From: the human T2T-CHM13v2.0 reference genome, Homo sapiens
DNA: 64,000 nucleotides
Strand: one strand, 5' to 3'
Assembly (NCBI RefSeq): GCF_009914755.1
Contig: NC_060931.1
Shown here: piece after piece, positions 1 to 34,389 of the stretch
Numbering within the stretch: the first letter of the stretch is position 1
How the letters are laid out: every line of letters starts with the position of its first letter
The notes under the pieces: generated by a model
The model's database searches: none
The model's input: the letters and a program-made list of their open reading frames with translations, nothing else
Told to the model about the DNA's origin: nothing
Program-made: the position numbers and the translations under genes

Positions 1-434
1 GATCCCCAGGCTGCAAGTCACGTAACCTAAGTATGCCCAGATGAACAAAGTGTGCCTGATAGCTGACCCTGGTGTCGGTGGGAACACAAAAGTCAACCAC
101 AGGCAGGACTTAACCACTCAAATGGAGGAATGGACACCAAATTAGGAAGCATGGGGCGCCTTGTTTTGCTGCAATATGAACTTAAAAGCCAAAGATCCAG
201 CATTGCCCCTTTGCATGACCCAAACAGATCACACCTTGTTGTATTTTCCCATCTCCCTCATAGTTGCCTTCTGCCTATAAAACCTGCCCCCAGATTCCAT
301 CTTGGGGAGACAAATTTGAGTATTGCCTCTGGTTTCCCTGCTGGTCGACCTTACAATAAAGCCTTTTCTCAAAAGGTGATGACATAGTATTGGCTTCTAT
401 GTGCATCTAGCAGTGAGCCCACTGCTTGGTACCA
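1..434 (+). mobile_element. 3' part of an ERV-type solo LTR (probably ERV1 class), truncated by the window start
   Basis: TATAAAA at 276-282, AATAAA at 355-360, and an LTR-like 3' end (...CAGTGAGCCCACTGCTTGGTACCA, ending in CA at 434). Subfamily not determined. Confidence 0.6.
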
Positions 435-454
435 CAATGGGCTCAAACATTTAT

Positions 455-2192
<1,738 letters not shown>

Positions 2193-2599
2193 TTACAATC
2201 AACAGGTTGTGACAGGTTAATTAGCCACGTTTTATCTTTGATAGGTAGCTCTAAAGTCAAGAAAACCCAGGCAAGATCCCGGGCAAGATCCCAGCACTGC
2301 CAACTGTCATTTGTAGACCGGGGATAGGAACACCTGTCTCACAGATTGTTACACAATAGCGCCGGTGAAGCGCTTGTCACAAAGCCTGACCCAGGACAAT
2401 CTCAAAAACGGAGATTCTGTTATTCAAATTGTTTATTTTTGTGCGCTAAGTTTCACATCAACCCAACTATCTCTTGATAGGTTCCTACCAGGCGCTAGAG
2501 ATATCTTACTTTCAGAAATTATTTATGATAGCAGAAGCCGCTGGAAGTCCATAGACAACCTCATCTCTCTAGCGGAGCAAACAGCTGGGCTCCAGCTGG

Positions 2600-3560
2600 C
2601 CCTGGCTTCTGCAACTGCGCAGTCGGCGCTGTGACGCCCGGCGCGGCTCTGTGACGTCACGAATCGGTCCTCTGTAAGAGGGGAGGGCATTCTTCTCCAG
2701 GGGAGGGCTACGTGTTGACGCCATACGCCGGGGCGGAGCCGAGAGTTTGGAGCCCCGGAGTGGGGTGTCGGCGCCTCATTCGGGTGGAGCTGAGCCGGAG
2801 ACAGGTAACCGTGCGCTGTCGCCGCGCCCGTCCCAGTGCCGGGTGTCGCGGCGCTTGGCGGCCCGGGGTTGGAGATCGCGGTAAAGGGGGAGGCCGCCGC
2901 GCCCTTGGTGCTGCGGGCGCCGCGGTGACAGGGGAGTGGAGCTGGATGGAGTGGGGCTCACGGAGGGTGGTAGGAGGGACGGGACCTGATGGATGGCCGT
3001 GGCAGCCAATGGAGCCGCGGGGCCTGCCCGGCGGGCGGAGATTGGCGGGTACGGGCGGGCTCCGAGGTCGCGCGGGGCGCGGAGCGACGCGCCATTGGCG
3101 GTGGGCGAGCGGGGGGCGGGCGCGGCGGCGGATGTGAGGGAGAGGGCGGTGCGTCCGCAGGGGTGACCCCCAAGGTCGCCGCGGGCGTCACGTGGTTAGG
3201 CCGCTCTCCGACGGCGTCCTTCCCGACCGGGACGCACTCTCCTTCCCGCCTGTGAGGACCGCGTCGCTTTGTCCGAAAGACAGTGTGGCCTGCTCGAGTT
3301 GCGTCGGAGCATCTAGCTTTGGGGTGGCCCTGGGTGGGACTGCCTGTTTGGATTACCGCGCAGACCTTGGCGCCGCCCCCACACCTGCTGCCAGAAGTTG
3401 GGTCGAACAGATTGACCGAGATGAAGCTTATTTCTCGTAGAAACATCTTTCAAGCACCATTTTCCCTCGAAAATATATCAGACATTGGATATGAGTTGTA
3501 ATCTACTGAGATTTAATAGAAAACTTGCCGCGCCCTCGCCCTGACCTGGGTGCGTCCCAC
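2600..3560. promoter_or_regulatory. OGDH: CpG island / TATA-less promoter of OGDH
   Basis: Very high GC and CpG content. Motifs: palindrome ACTGCGCAGT 2614-2623 (NRF1-like), CRE GTGACGTCAC 2651-2660, TACGTG 2709-2714, GC box GGGGCGGAGC 2730-2739, CCAAT/ATTGG at 3006, 3041 and 3094, E-box GTCACGTG 3187-3194. Confidence 0.9.
2700..2804 (+). other. OGDH: OGDH exon 1 (non-coding 5' UTR); start approximate
   Basis: Lies in the CpG island and ends at donor CAG|GTAACC (GT at 2805). Joining it to 20475 gives ...GAGACAG|GCAGTTGTG..., matching the OGDH 5' UTR as I recall it. The TSS cannot be fixed from sequence. Confidence 0.8.
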
Positions 3561-3869
3561 CTGCCATCCCCATCCCTTTGCCCAGAACATAGGACTTCGT
3601 GTTAGGGTTTCCTTGTGCCTTGTCTTGCAGTCCGTACTTTGAGGCTGATTTCCAGGTACACTGCTCTGAACAGCTGGGTTTAGGATGGGTGGCATGGGAT
3701 AAAGCCTTTTTTTGTAAGGCAGCACTAGTTGCAACAGTCAAACTGTACTTTGCCGTGTAGACCTAGGAGAGTATGTAACACTATTGTAGTTTTGTAAATT
3801 AGCTGAGGACTGGATCTTGGGAAGTTGAATAAAGATCACTGTATGCTCATTTTTTGTTGTTGTTGTCTT

Positions 3870-5692
<1,823 letters not shown>

Positions 5693-6139
5693 TTATTGAA
5701 GCCGGGCTATTGGGCTATGGATGTACCACATTTGGTTTATTCATCCATTAAAAGACATCTTTACTGTTTCCATTCTTTGGCTATTACAAATAAAGCTGCT
5801 ACAAACCTTCATGTACAGATTTTTATTTGAACATAAATTGACATTTCTCCAAGATAAATGCCCAGGAATACAATCACTAAGTCGTAGTGCGTGCTTAGTT
5901 ATTAAACAAATAGCCAAACTGTTTTCCAGAGTGATTGTACTATTTTACATTCCCACCGGCACTGTATGGTCTTGTTTCTCCACATACTTGCCAGCATTTG
6001 GTGATGTTACTTTTTTTATTATAGCCATTCCAATAAATGTGTAGTAATGTCTCTTTGTGGTTGTAATTTGCATTTTTCTGATGGCTAATGATGTTGAACA
6101 TCTTTTCATGTGCTTATTTGCCATCTGTCTATTCTCTCT

Positions 6140-11322
<5,183 letters not shown>

Positions 11323-11911
11323 TGACTTGCAACCTGGACATTCTGGGTGTTATGTTATGGACTCTTGATCTTGTTTAAATCTCTAAGCAATGCAGGCTTC
11401 CTCTGCTGGGGCAGGGAGGGGCTGCTTCCTCACTGTTGCTGGTGCGGTGTCTGGGGGGAGGGATTCCTTGTTATTGCTGTATGACTGTAAGAGTTCCCCA
11501 TTAGGCCTTGGTGACATCACCCTGCCTGGGAAGGGAGGGGTGCTGCTTCATTACTGCTGGATGGGATTGAAATCCAGACTCCCTACCTGGTCTCCACTAT
11601 CTTATCAGGGAGTGAGTTGGAAGGGCTCATTATTCACCAGGTGGGGATGAAAGTCCCTGGTCCCTATTCTGACACCAGCTGAGTGGAGTGAGGATATTTC
11701 CTGTGGAATTTGGCCGCAGTAGAGCAATTGTTGTTTAAAACTTTAAAAGTTTTCCATCTTGCTGCTCTTTTCCTGGTCCTTTGGCTAGAGAGAACAGGTT
11801 TCTGTTTGTAGTTTTCTTTGTCTACACCTGTTGGCATTTCTGGGTTGTAGGCTTCTCGAGTACCCAGGTCTGAAACACATGAAGCATAAAGAAAATCAAG
11901 AACTCAGTGCT

Positions 11912-12204
<293 letters not shown>

Positions 12205-12759
12205 TCAATGCTCTTTCTTTGGGTCCTCTGGTTCCTAGCCAGTCTGCTTCCTTCTCTCCACCTTTCACAGTCTTGTTTTGTCTTAAATGTAACGCCTCAT
12301 GTTTTTAGCTATATTTAGCAGGAAACACGTTTTATATATGCTTTAATGAGATGTTGAAAAATTGTCCTGCTTTCCATAAAGATTTAATAATTTACACTCT
12401 ATCAATACCTTTTAAAAGTGCCTATTTATCTACACCCTCCCCAGTCAACCTGTTTATACCACATCAGTCATGGGCATCTCAGATGCTGTGGGGCCACGTC
12501 TCAGGGAAAGGGCAGAACAGTCTTCAGACCTATATACTGAAGCGTACTCAGGGATCTGATCAGGGAGGTGTCAGTCCCTACCAGTGGTGACCACCCATGA
12601 TTGGTGAGCTAAATAGGCTTCTGTGCTAAATGATGGAGACAGCCTACTAATGTTTTGGAAGTTACCAGTTGACCGCCACTCCAAATTAGCTAATGTTTAG
12701 GTTTAAATATCTTGGAAACTTGAACTTTTTATATCACTAGTTTGCCTTTTTTCCTAGGC

Positions 12760-13050
12760 TACATATATATATGTATATATATATATACACATGTTTATGT
12801 ATATATACACATATATATACGTATATACGTATATATACACATATGTATATGTATATATATACACACATGTTTATGTATATATACACATATATACGTATAT
12901 AAGTGTATATGTGTATATATATACACGTATATGTGTATATGCATATATATATGTGTATATATACACATATATATACGTATATATGTGTATATATACACAT
13001 ATACGTGTATATATATACACATATATATATACGTATATATATGTATATAT
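12760..13050. repeat. Compound (TA)n/(CA)n/(TG)n alternating purine-pyrimidine microsatellite, ~290 bp
   Basis: Directly visible. It produces the spurious Y/I/H/V-rich ORFs in the track. Confidence 0.95.
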
Positions 13051-13430
<380 letters not shown>

Positions 13431-13501
13431 CTTTCATATTTGTGTTACAATTACAAAAAGACATTATGAGGGGGTTAGGAGTAATTACTGTCTCCACTTT
13501 A

Positions 13502-13595
13502 TGGCCCAGGAAAGCTCACACAGTGACTTGGTGTCACGTGGTCTCTGTTGGCCCAGGAAAGCTCACACAGTGACTTGGTGTCACACGGTCTCTGT
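13502..13595 (+). repeat. 47-bp direct tandem duplication (2 copies, 45/47 identical) in MIR-like sequence
   Basis: TGGCCCAGGAAAGCTCACACAGTGACTTGGTGTCAC(GT/AC)GGTCTCTGT at 13502-13548 and 13549-13595. Confidence 0.95.
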
Positions 13596-14384
13596 ACCTG
13601 CAGGCTCAACAATTGTTTCCATCTAGCAATGAAAAAAAACTTTACAGTTTAAAAGTAATCCTCACTACTTCCCTCAGCTTATATGTAATGAGGTGTCACT
13701 AGTGAAAGATAATAAATTCTTTGAGATTCTCAGCCAATAAGGGAGAATTGATATCTGTACTCTGTACATGAGTTCTTTGTATTACTACTAAAACAAAAAT
13801 AATTGCAGGCATGAGACAACAGCCATAGGTCTGTAGCAAATGTGTTCATGATTCATCAGAAGAATTGAGTCTGAAACTGAAAAAAAGAAAGTGGATGAGT
13901 TGTCCTTTAAAATGGTTGCCAGCTAACACTCATAGGGTTTAAGGATCATGTAATGATGTGTGGGTTTTTTTCCCTCAAAGACTTATTTACTGAGAAACAG
14001 CAGACTGTTTTTGCTAGGTCTTGCCTTTTTAATTACCCCCCTACCTAGCCAATGTCATATTGATAGGCGTCAGTAGTTGGTTTATTTCCCTCATTCTTTG
14101 TGCCCTGGGATAGGGTACCTCCTACCCAACTGGGGAAATTCGAGGCATAGACCTCGAAGGCTTCATATTTCAGACAGAACCCTATTTAAGTATATCGTTT
14201 CCTAAGGGCAGGGCGTTTAACACCTAAAAACTAATTTTCCTTTGGTTTTTACTTTTTTTCTTTGTACAACTTATTTTTCCCAAATGTATGTGTTTATTTT
14301 TGCATCTTGAAATTAATGGATTACAACTTGTATCATTTTTGTGTACAGTGATAAGTTCAGTTACATTTTTTCTTACACATTAAA

Positions 14385-16790
<2,406 letters not shown>

Positions 16791-16801
16791 TTCTTTTAAA
16801 G

Positions 16802-17023
16802 CAAGCTTGTCCAACTCCCAGCCCGTGGGCCACATGTGGCCCAGGACAGCTTTGAATGTGGCCCAACACAAGTTTGTAAACTTTGTTAAAACATTATGAG
16901 ATGTTTTTGCGATTTTTTTTTTTTAAAGCTCATCAGCTGTCGTTAGTGTTAGTGTATTTTATGTGTGGCCCTAGACAATTCTTCCAATGTGGCCCAGGGA
17001 AGCCAAAATATTGGACATCCCTG
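16802..17023 (-). mobile_element. MER30 (hAT-Charlie MITE)
   Basis: Termini CAAGCTTGTCCAA...TTGGACATCCCTG with an 8-bp TSD TTTTAAAG / TTTTAAAC. Confidence 0.9.
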
Positions 17024-17244
17024 TTTTAAACCAAAAATCAAAACACTTGGATATTTTGGACAGCTCAGAGGAGCTTTCACAAAAATTGTTTAAACAATTG
17101 AATGTCTCTACCAAATAACGTACTATTCTTAAAGTTGACTTAGTGTCAGTTACAGAATTCTAAGTTGAATTTCAAGACCTAATGTTGACTGGCTGGCAGT
17201 TTTCCTTCTTTTTGTATTTAATATATTTTGTTTGTTTGTTTGTT

Positions 17245-20100
<2,856 letters not shown>

Positions 20101-20474
20101 TAGATTTAAATTTTTAAGTGAAGATGGTAATATCTGCAACTGTGCACTCACCTTCCTTGGGCTCGCACAGGCATCCTGTGTTAGTAGGTGCAAGAGTGTG
20201 TTTCAGTTTCACACAGTCACAGCTCTGTTGTGCTCTCAGGCACATGAACTGGTGGCACTGAGCAGGTAGCACTCTTGTGAATACATTTATAGGCCAGGGT
20301 CTTTCTCCTCAACAATTAGAGTTGAACATGTTTTGTTTTTGTTTTTGTTTTTCTAGTAGCTTTTAAAAAAAAATTATCCTTTCTCTAGAGCATCAGGATC
20401 TAGTAGCCTTGTCTCCTAAATACTCATTTTTAAAACCTTTCTTTCTTGTTTTTTTTTTTTTTTTTTTTGTACAG

Positions 20475-20501
20475 GCAGTTGTGAAAAACTTCAGGACAAA
20501 A
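20475..20501 (+). other. OGDH: OGDH exon 2, 5' UTR portion
   Basis: Long poly-T tract followed by ACAG|GCAG acceptor (AG at 20473-20474), 27 nt before the ATG. Confidence 0.9.
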
Positions 20502-20723
20502 ATGTTTCATTTAAGGACTTGTGCTGCTAAGTTGAGGCCATTGACGGCTTCCCAGACTGTTAAGACATTTTCACAAAACAGACCAGCAGCAGCTAGGACA
20601 TTTCAACAGATTCGGTGCTATTCTGCACCTGTTGCTGCTGAGCCCTTTCTCAGTGGGACTAGTTCGAACTATGTGGAGGAGATGTACTGTGCTTGGCTGG
20701 AAAACCCCAAAAGTGTACATAAG
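20502..20723 (+). CDS. OGDH: OGDH exon 2 coding part (aa 1-74), including the mitochondrial presequence [40 protein letters not shown]
   Basis: ATG at 20502. The Arg/Ser/Thr-rich acid-free presequence ends in an RCY|S motif, followed by the conserved E1o sequence [26 protein letters not shown]. Donor AAG|GTAAGG, phase 0, 222 nt. Confidence 0.98.
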
Positions 20724-21220
20724 GTAAGGCTCGCAGGGCTGTGGGTCTGCCTCATGTTGGTGTGTTGGCCTGTTCCTGACTGGTCACCAGGTAAGTGTGT
20801 GCGTCCTGAGGAGTCAGCGGGCAGACAGGCAGCTGGAGCGCCATACCAACCACCGTATCTGTATCGGACCCAGCATAGCCCCAGCAGAAGCCATGGTCCC
20901 TGGATTGGCGTCCAGCAGTAGACACTGTGCTTAACTCTGCGAGGATGTGAAGAAGCATGTGTGTGACCCTCCAGCATCTCCGCAAGGGCTGCTTCAGGAT
21001 GAAGCCGCTGAAGAAAGAAGAAAGAAAGAAAGTGTGTGGAAAAGAGCAGGACCTCAGGAAGCTCCTCCATTCTAACTGTCTGGAGAGGATACTTTCATTT
21101 GTAACATGCCGTAGTCACCTCATGTAATTTCTGTATGAATGGCCTTTTAGCTCATTATGTTCGTATTTTTTTCCTGTTTGTTTCTAACTTCTCTGTATTA
21201 CATATAAGGGCATTTTCTAA

Positions 21221-26034
<4,814 letters not shown>

Positions 26035-26712
26035 GATGCCTGTTTCTTGATGGTTTTTTCTTCTTGCACTTTTCACGTGTCAGCTCCTAAAGTGTGTACA
26101 TGTGGTCGCTGCAGGAGGGAGGGTCTCTATGCGTTCAGATTACAGGTGCAGGCTGTTGGCCTGCTGCTGAGTCTGGCATCGCTGCTCATCTGTCGACACC
26201 GTTCTGCTTCCTCCTTTCGTGCTTATGAAACACAGTACTGGTGTTTTCTATGGGTGAAACTAAGTGGAGGAAAAGCACAGATACACAAACTGTCCCATTA
26301 TGCAGTGTTATGGGCCTTTTCACTCTGCAGTGTTGAAACTGCCTTGGCCTCACTTTGAAAAATAGGACTATGGTACCCATGGTTGTGTCCTGGCCTGGGG
26401 TTCCTCCCATGGCAGGAGCCCTGCTCCAAGTTACCCTCCTAGCCGCTGCATGTGCGGTGAAGGGGCTTCCCACAGTGGGTATGTGGAAGTCTGATGGAAG
26501 TCTGATGTGCTCATAAGGAGATCTGATATGTTCACGTGACAAGGAACAGCTGTGTTGAAAAATCTGCAGAACACTTTGGTGCCACTCAAGTTATTTATTT
26601 CTGGGAATAATTCACAAGGCACTTTAGGCAATGCCAGTTGGGTGGTTGGAATGCATTTTGAGTATTTTAATCTTTTATGTTTGATTTATGAATGACTTAT
26701 CAGAAATACATG

Positions 26713-27378
26713 TAGTCATTCCTTGGTATCTGTGGGGGATTGGTTCCAGGGCACACTGAGGATACTAAAATCCAAGGAAGCTCATGTCCCTTGTATAAAA
26801 TGAAATATAAACTATGCACGTTCTCCCATATACTTTAAATCATCTCTAGATTACTTGTAATACCTAATACAAGGTAAATGCTATGCAGATAGTTGTTATA
26901 CTTCATTGTTTGTGGCAGCAGTCCCCAACTCCTTTGGCACCAGGGACCAGTTTCGTGGAAGACAATTTTTCCATGGACTGAGGGATCAGGGGAGGATGGC
27001 TTTGCAGTGAAACTGTTCCACCTCACATCAGGCATTAGTTAGATTCTCATAAGGAGTGAACTTAGATCCCTTGCATGCACAGCTCACAATCCAGTTGGCT
27101 CTCCCATGAGAATCTAATGCCCCCGCTGATGTGACAGGAGGTGGAGCTCAGGTGGTAATGCTCGCTTGCCGCTCACTTCCTGCTATGCAACCCAGTTCCA
27201 AACAGGCCACTGACCAGTACTGGTCTGTGGCCCGGGGGTTGGGGATCCCTGGTTTAGAGAATAATAACAGGAAAAAAAAGTGTACATGTTCAGTACAGGC
27301 AGTTTTTTACCAACTATTTTCAATCCACGTTTGGTTGAATCCATGGATGCAGAACCCACAGATACGGAGGGCTGACTG
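26713..27378 (+). mobile_element. MER2 (TcMar-Tigger MITE) split by a MER1 insertion
   Basis: 5' end TAGTCATTCCTTGGTATCTGTGGGGGATTGGTTCCAGG and 3' end GATACGGAGGGCTGACTG followed by TA. Confidence 0.85.
26916..27251 (+). mobile_element. MER1B-like hAT-Charlie MITE nested in MER2
   Basis: Terminal inverted repeats CAGCAGTCCCCAAC...GTTGGGGATCCCTG, with a degenerate 8-bp TSD GTTTGTGG / GTTTAGAG. Confidence 0.85.
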
Positions 27379-27444
27379 TATACATAAACTGCATGGTCTA
27401 CGTAAATGGGGTTTCAGCGATGAGCTTTGAAGTTACCCCTTGAT

Positions 27445-27612
27445 GATTTTTTGTTTTTGAAGATTCAGGAGGTACATGTGTGGGTTTGTAACATGGGTAC
27501 GTTAAGTAATGGTGGGAATTGGGTTTCTAGTGTACCCATCACCCAGATAATGAACATTGTACCCAATAGGTAATTTTTCAACCCTCACTCTCCTACCACC
27601 CTCCCCCACCGC
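27445..27612 (-). mobile_element. Short L1P 3' end fragment
   Basis: GATTCAGGAGGTACATGTGTGGGTTTGT...GTACCCATCACCCAGATAATGAACATTGTACCCAATAGGTAATTTTTCAACCCTC. Confidence 0.75.
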
Positions 27613-28464
27613 CACTTGATAATCTTTAACTTCACATGTTAAGAGCAATCTCAGCACTTGTGGCTTTTTGTGTTAAATCAGCTAAACTGACTGAGTGCGC
27701 CTTCTCCAACTTTAGCACAGTATTTCACTCTTAAGCAGTTTGCATTTATGGTTTATTTAGGGTGATAAAATTATAACCTCTTTGAAACAACAGGAAACAT
27801 GAAGCAACACCCTCACTTGTGTGGTAGTTTGCAGCTCATGACAGCTGTGTTCGAAGCTTGTGCTGAGTGGCGGCTGCAAGAGGAAAAGCAGTCTTGCCCT
27901 GTTATCCTAGCAGGATGATTAAATAAGTTTAAACAACAGTTAAAATTCTAGCTCTCTTTTCTCTCTCTCTCTCCCCCTCTCCACCCCCTTCCCTCTTTCC
28001 TTTCTCTCTCCTCTCTCTCCCGGCCCTTAAAAAGAAAAATAAATAAATAAAAACATTTGGAATTCTAATAGAACCCACTGAGCTTCTGAAAGGAAGTGCA
28101 TTATGCTGTGCTGTGAAGGAGCCCAACAGGGGCTCACGGTCACTCAGCAGGATGATGGATGCAGGCTTCAGGGCCAGGAGCCAGACGCAGCAAGAAAAAA
28201 CCAAAAATTTGGATTATGAAGTAAATGGAGAGGTTCCAAGATCAAACCAAGAGGTGTTTGTTGATTTTGTTATGTGCTGTGGGAGCATGGACCCCTCAGC
28301 AGGTAGAAGGAGAGCAAGTTTGAGGATGTGGTGCAGGAGGAGTTGGGATCCCCAAGAGCAGGAGGGACTGAGGCCAGGACAGCAGGCATACGAGGTCACT
28401 GAGGCTGGTGGGAGGAGAGAGGCTTACTCTAAATGAGGATCACTGCATCTTTTGGAGCTCTTCT

Positions 28465-33984
<5,520 letters not shown>

Positions 33985-34389
33985 TGGTATTCATTTTTTG
34001 ACATGGTACATCCTGCACACATCTGACACTCTTAGGAAAATGTTTATGTGTGGTAAGAACTTCATCAGAATCCCATAGCCCCTTGCAGGGCTCAGAAGTT
34101 GGCCTTTTGGGAGTGAGTGCTTTCCCGCACCCCTCCCCTGGCCCAGGACCCCTCACTCCTTCTGGCAGCTTCCTGCCCCTTGAATGTCATTTACAACCTT
34201 GCCCACTTACCTTAACATTTTAACCTTTTCCCCCTTATCAGTGACATTGTCATTGGTGGTCAGAGAATTAACTGTGTGTAACTGTATATTTGAGGCAAGG
34301 CAAGGGGACAGATATTTTCCTTACGTTATTAGTTGTGCAACAGAAGCCAATTAAGAGATTGGAGAGATGAATAACACTAGTGATGGGTT

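Noticed and set aside
2712-3501. Arg/Gly/Pro-rich ORFs in the promoter
   Set aside because: Expected from stop-codon scarcity in a GC-rich CpG island. Most have non-ATG starts and no recognisable domain.
13502-13595. Direct repeats resembling a mini CRISPR array
   Set aside because: Two abutting copies with no spacer, in mammalian DNA with no cas genes.
20409-20921. 170-aa ORF as a single-exon protein with N- and C-terminal extensions
   Set aside because: It runs through the pyrimidine tract and past the donor. Only 20502-20723 is OGDH coding sequence.
27950-28022. Polypyrimidine (CT-rich) tract as the acceptor of a hidden exon
   Set aside because: It is followed by an A-rich run with no convincing acceptor/donor pair. 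Treated as a simple low-complexity tract.
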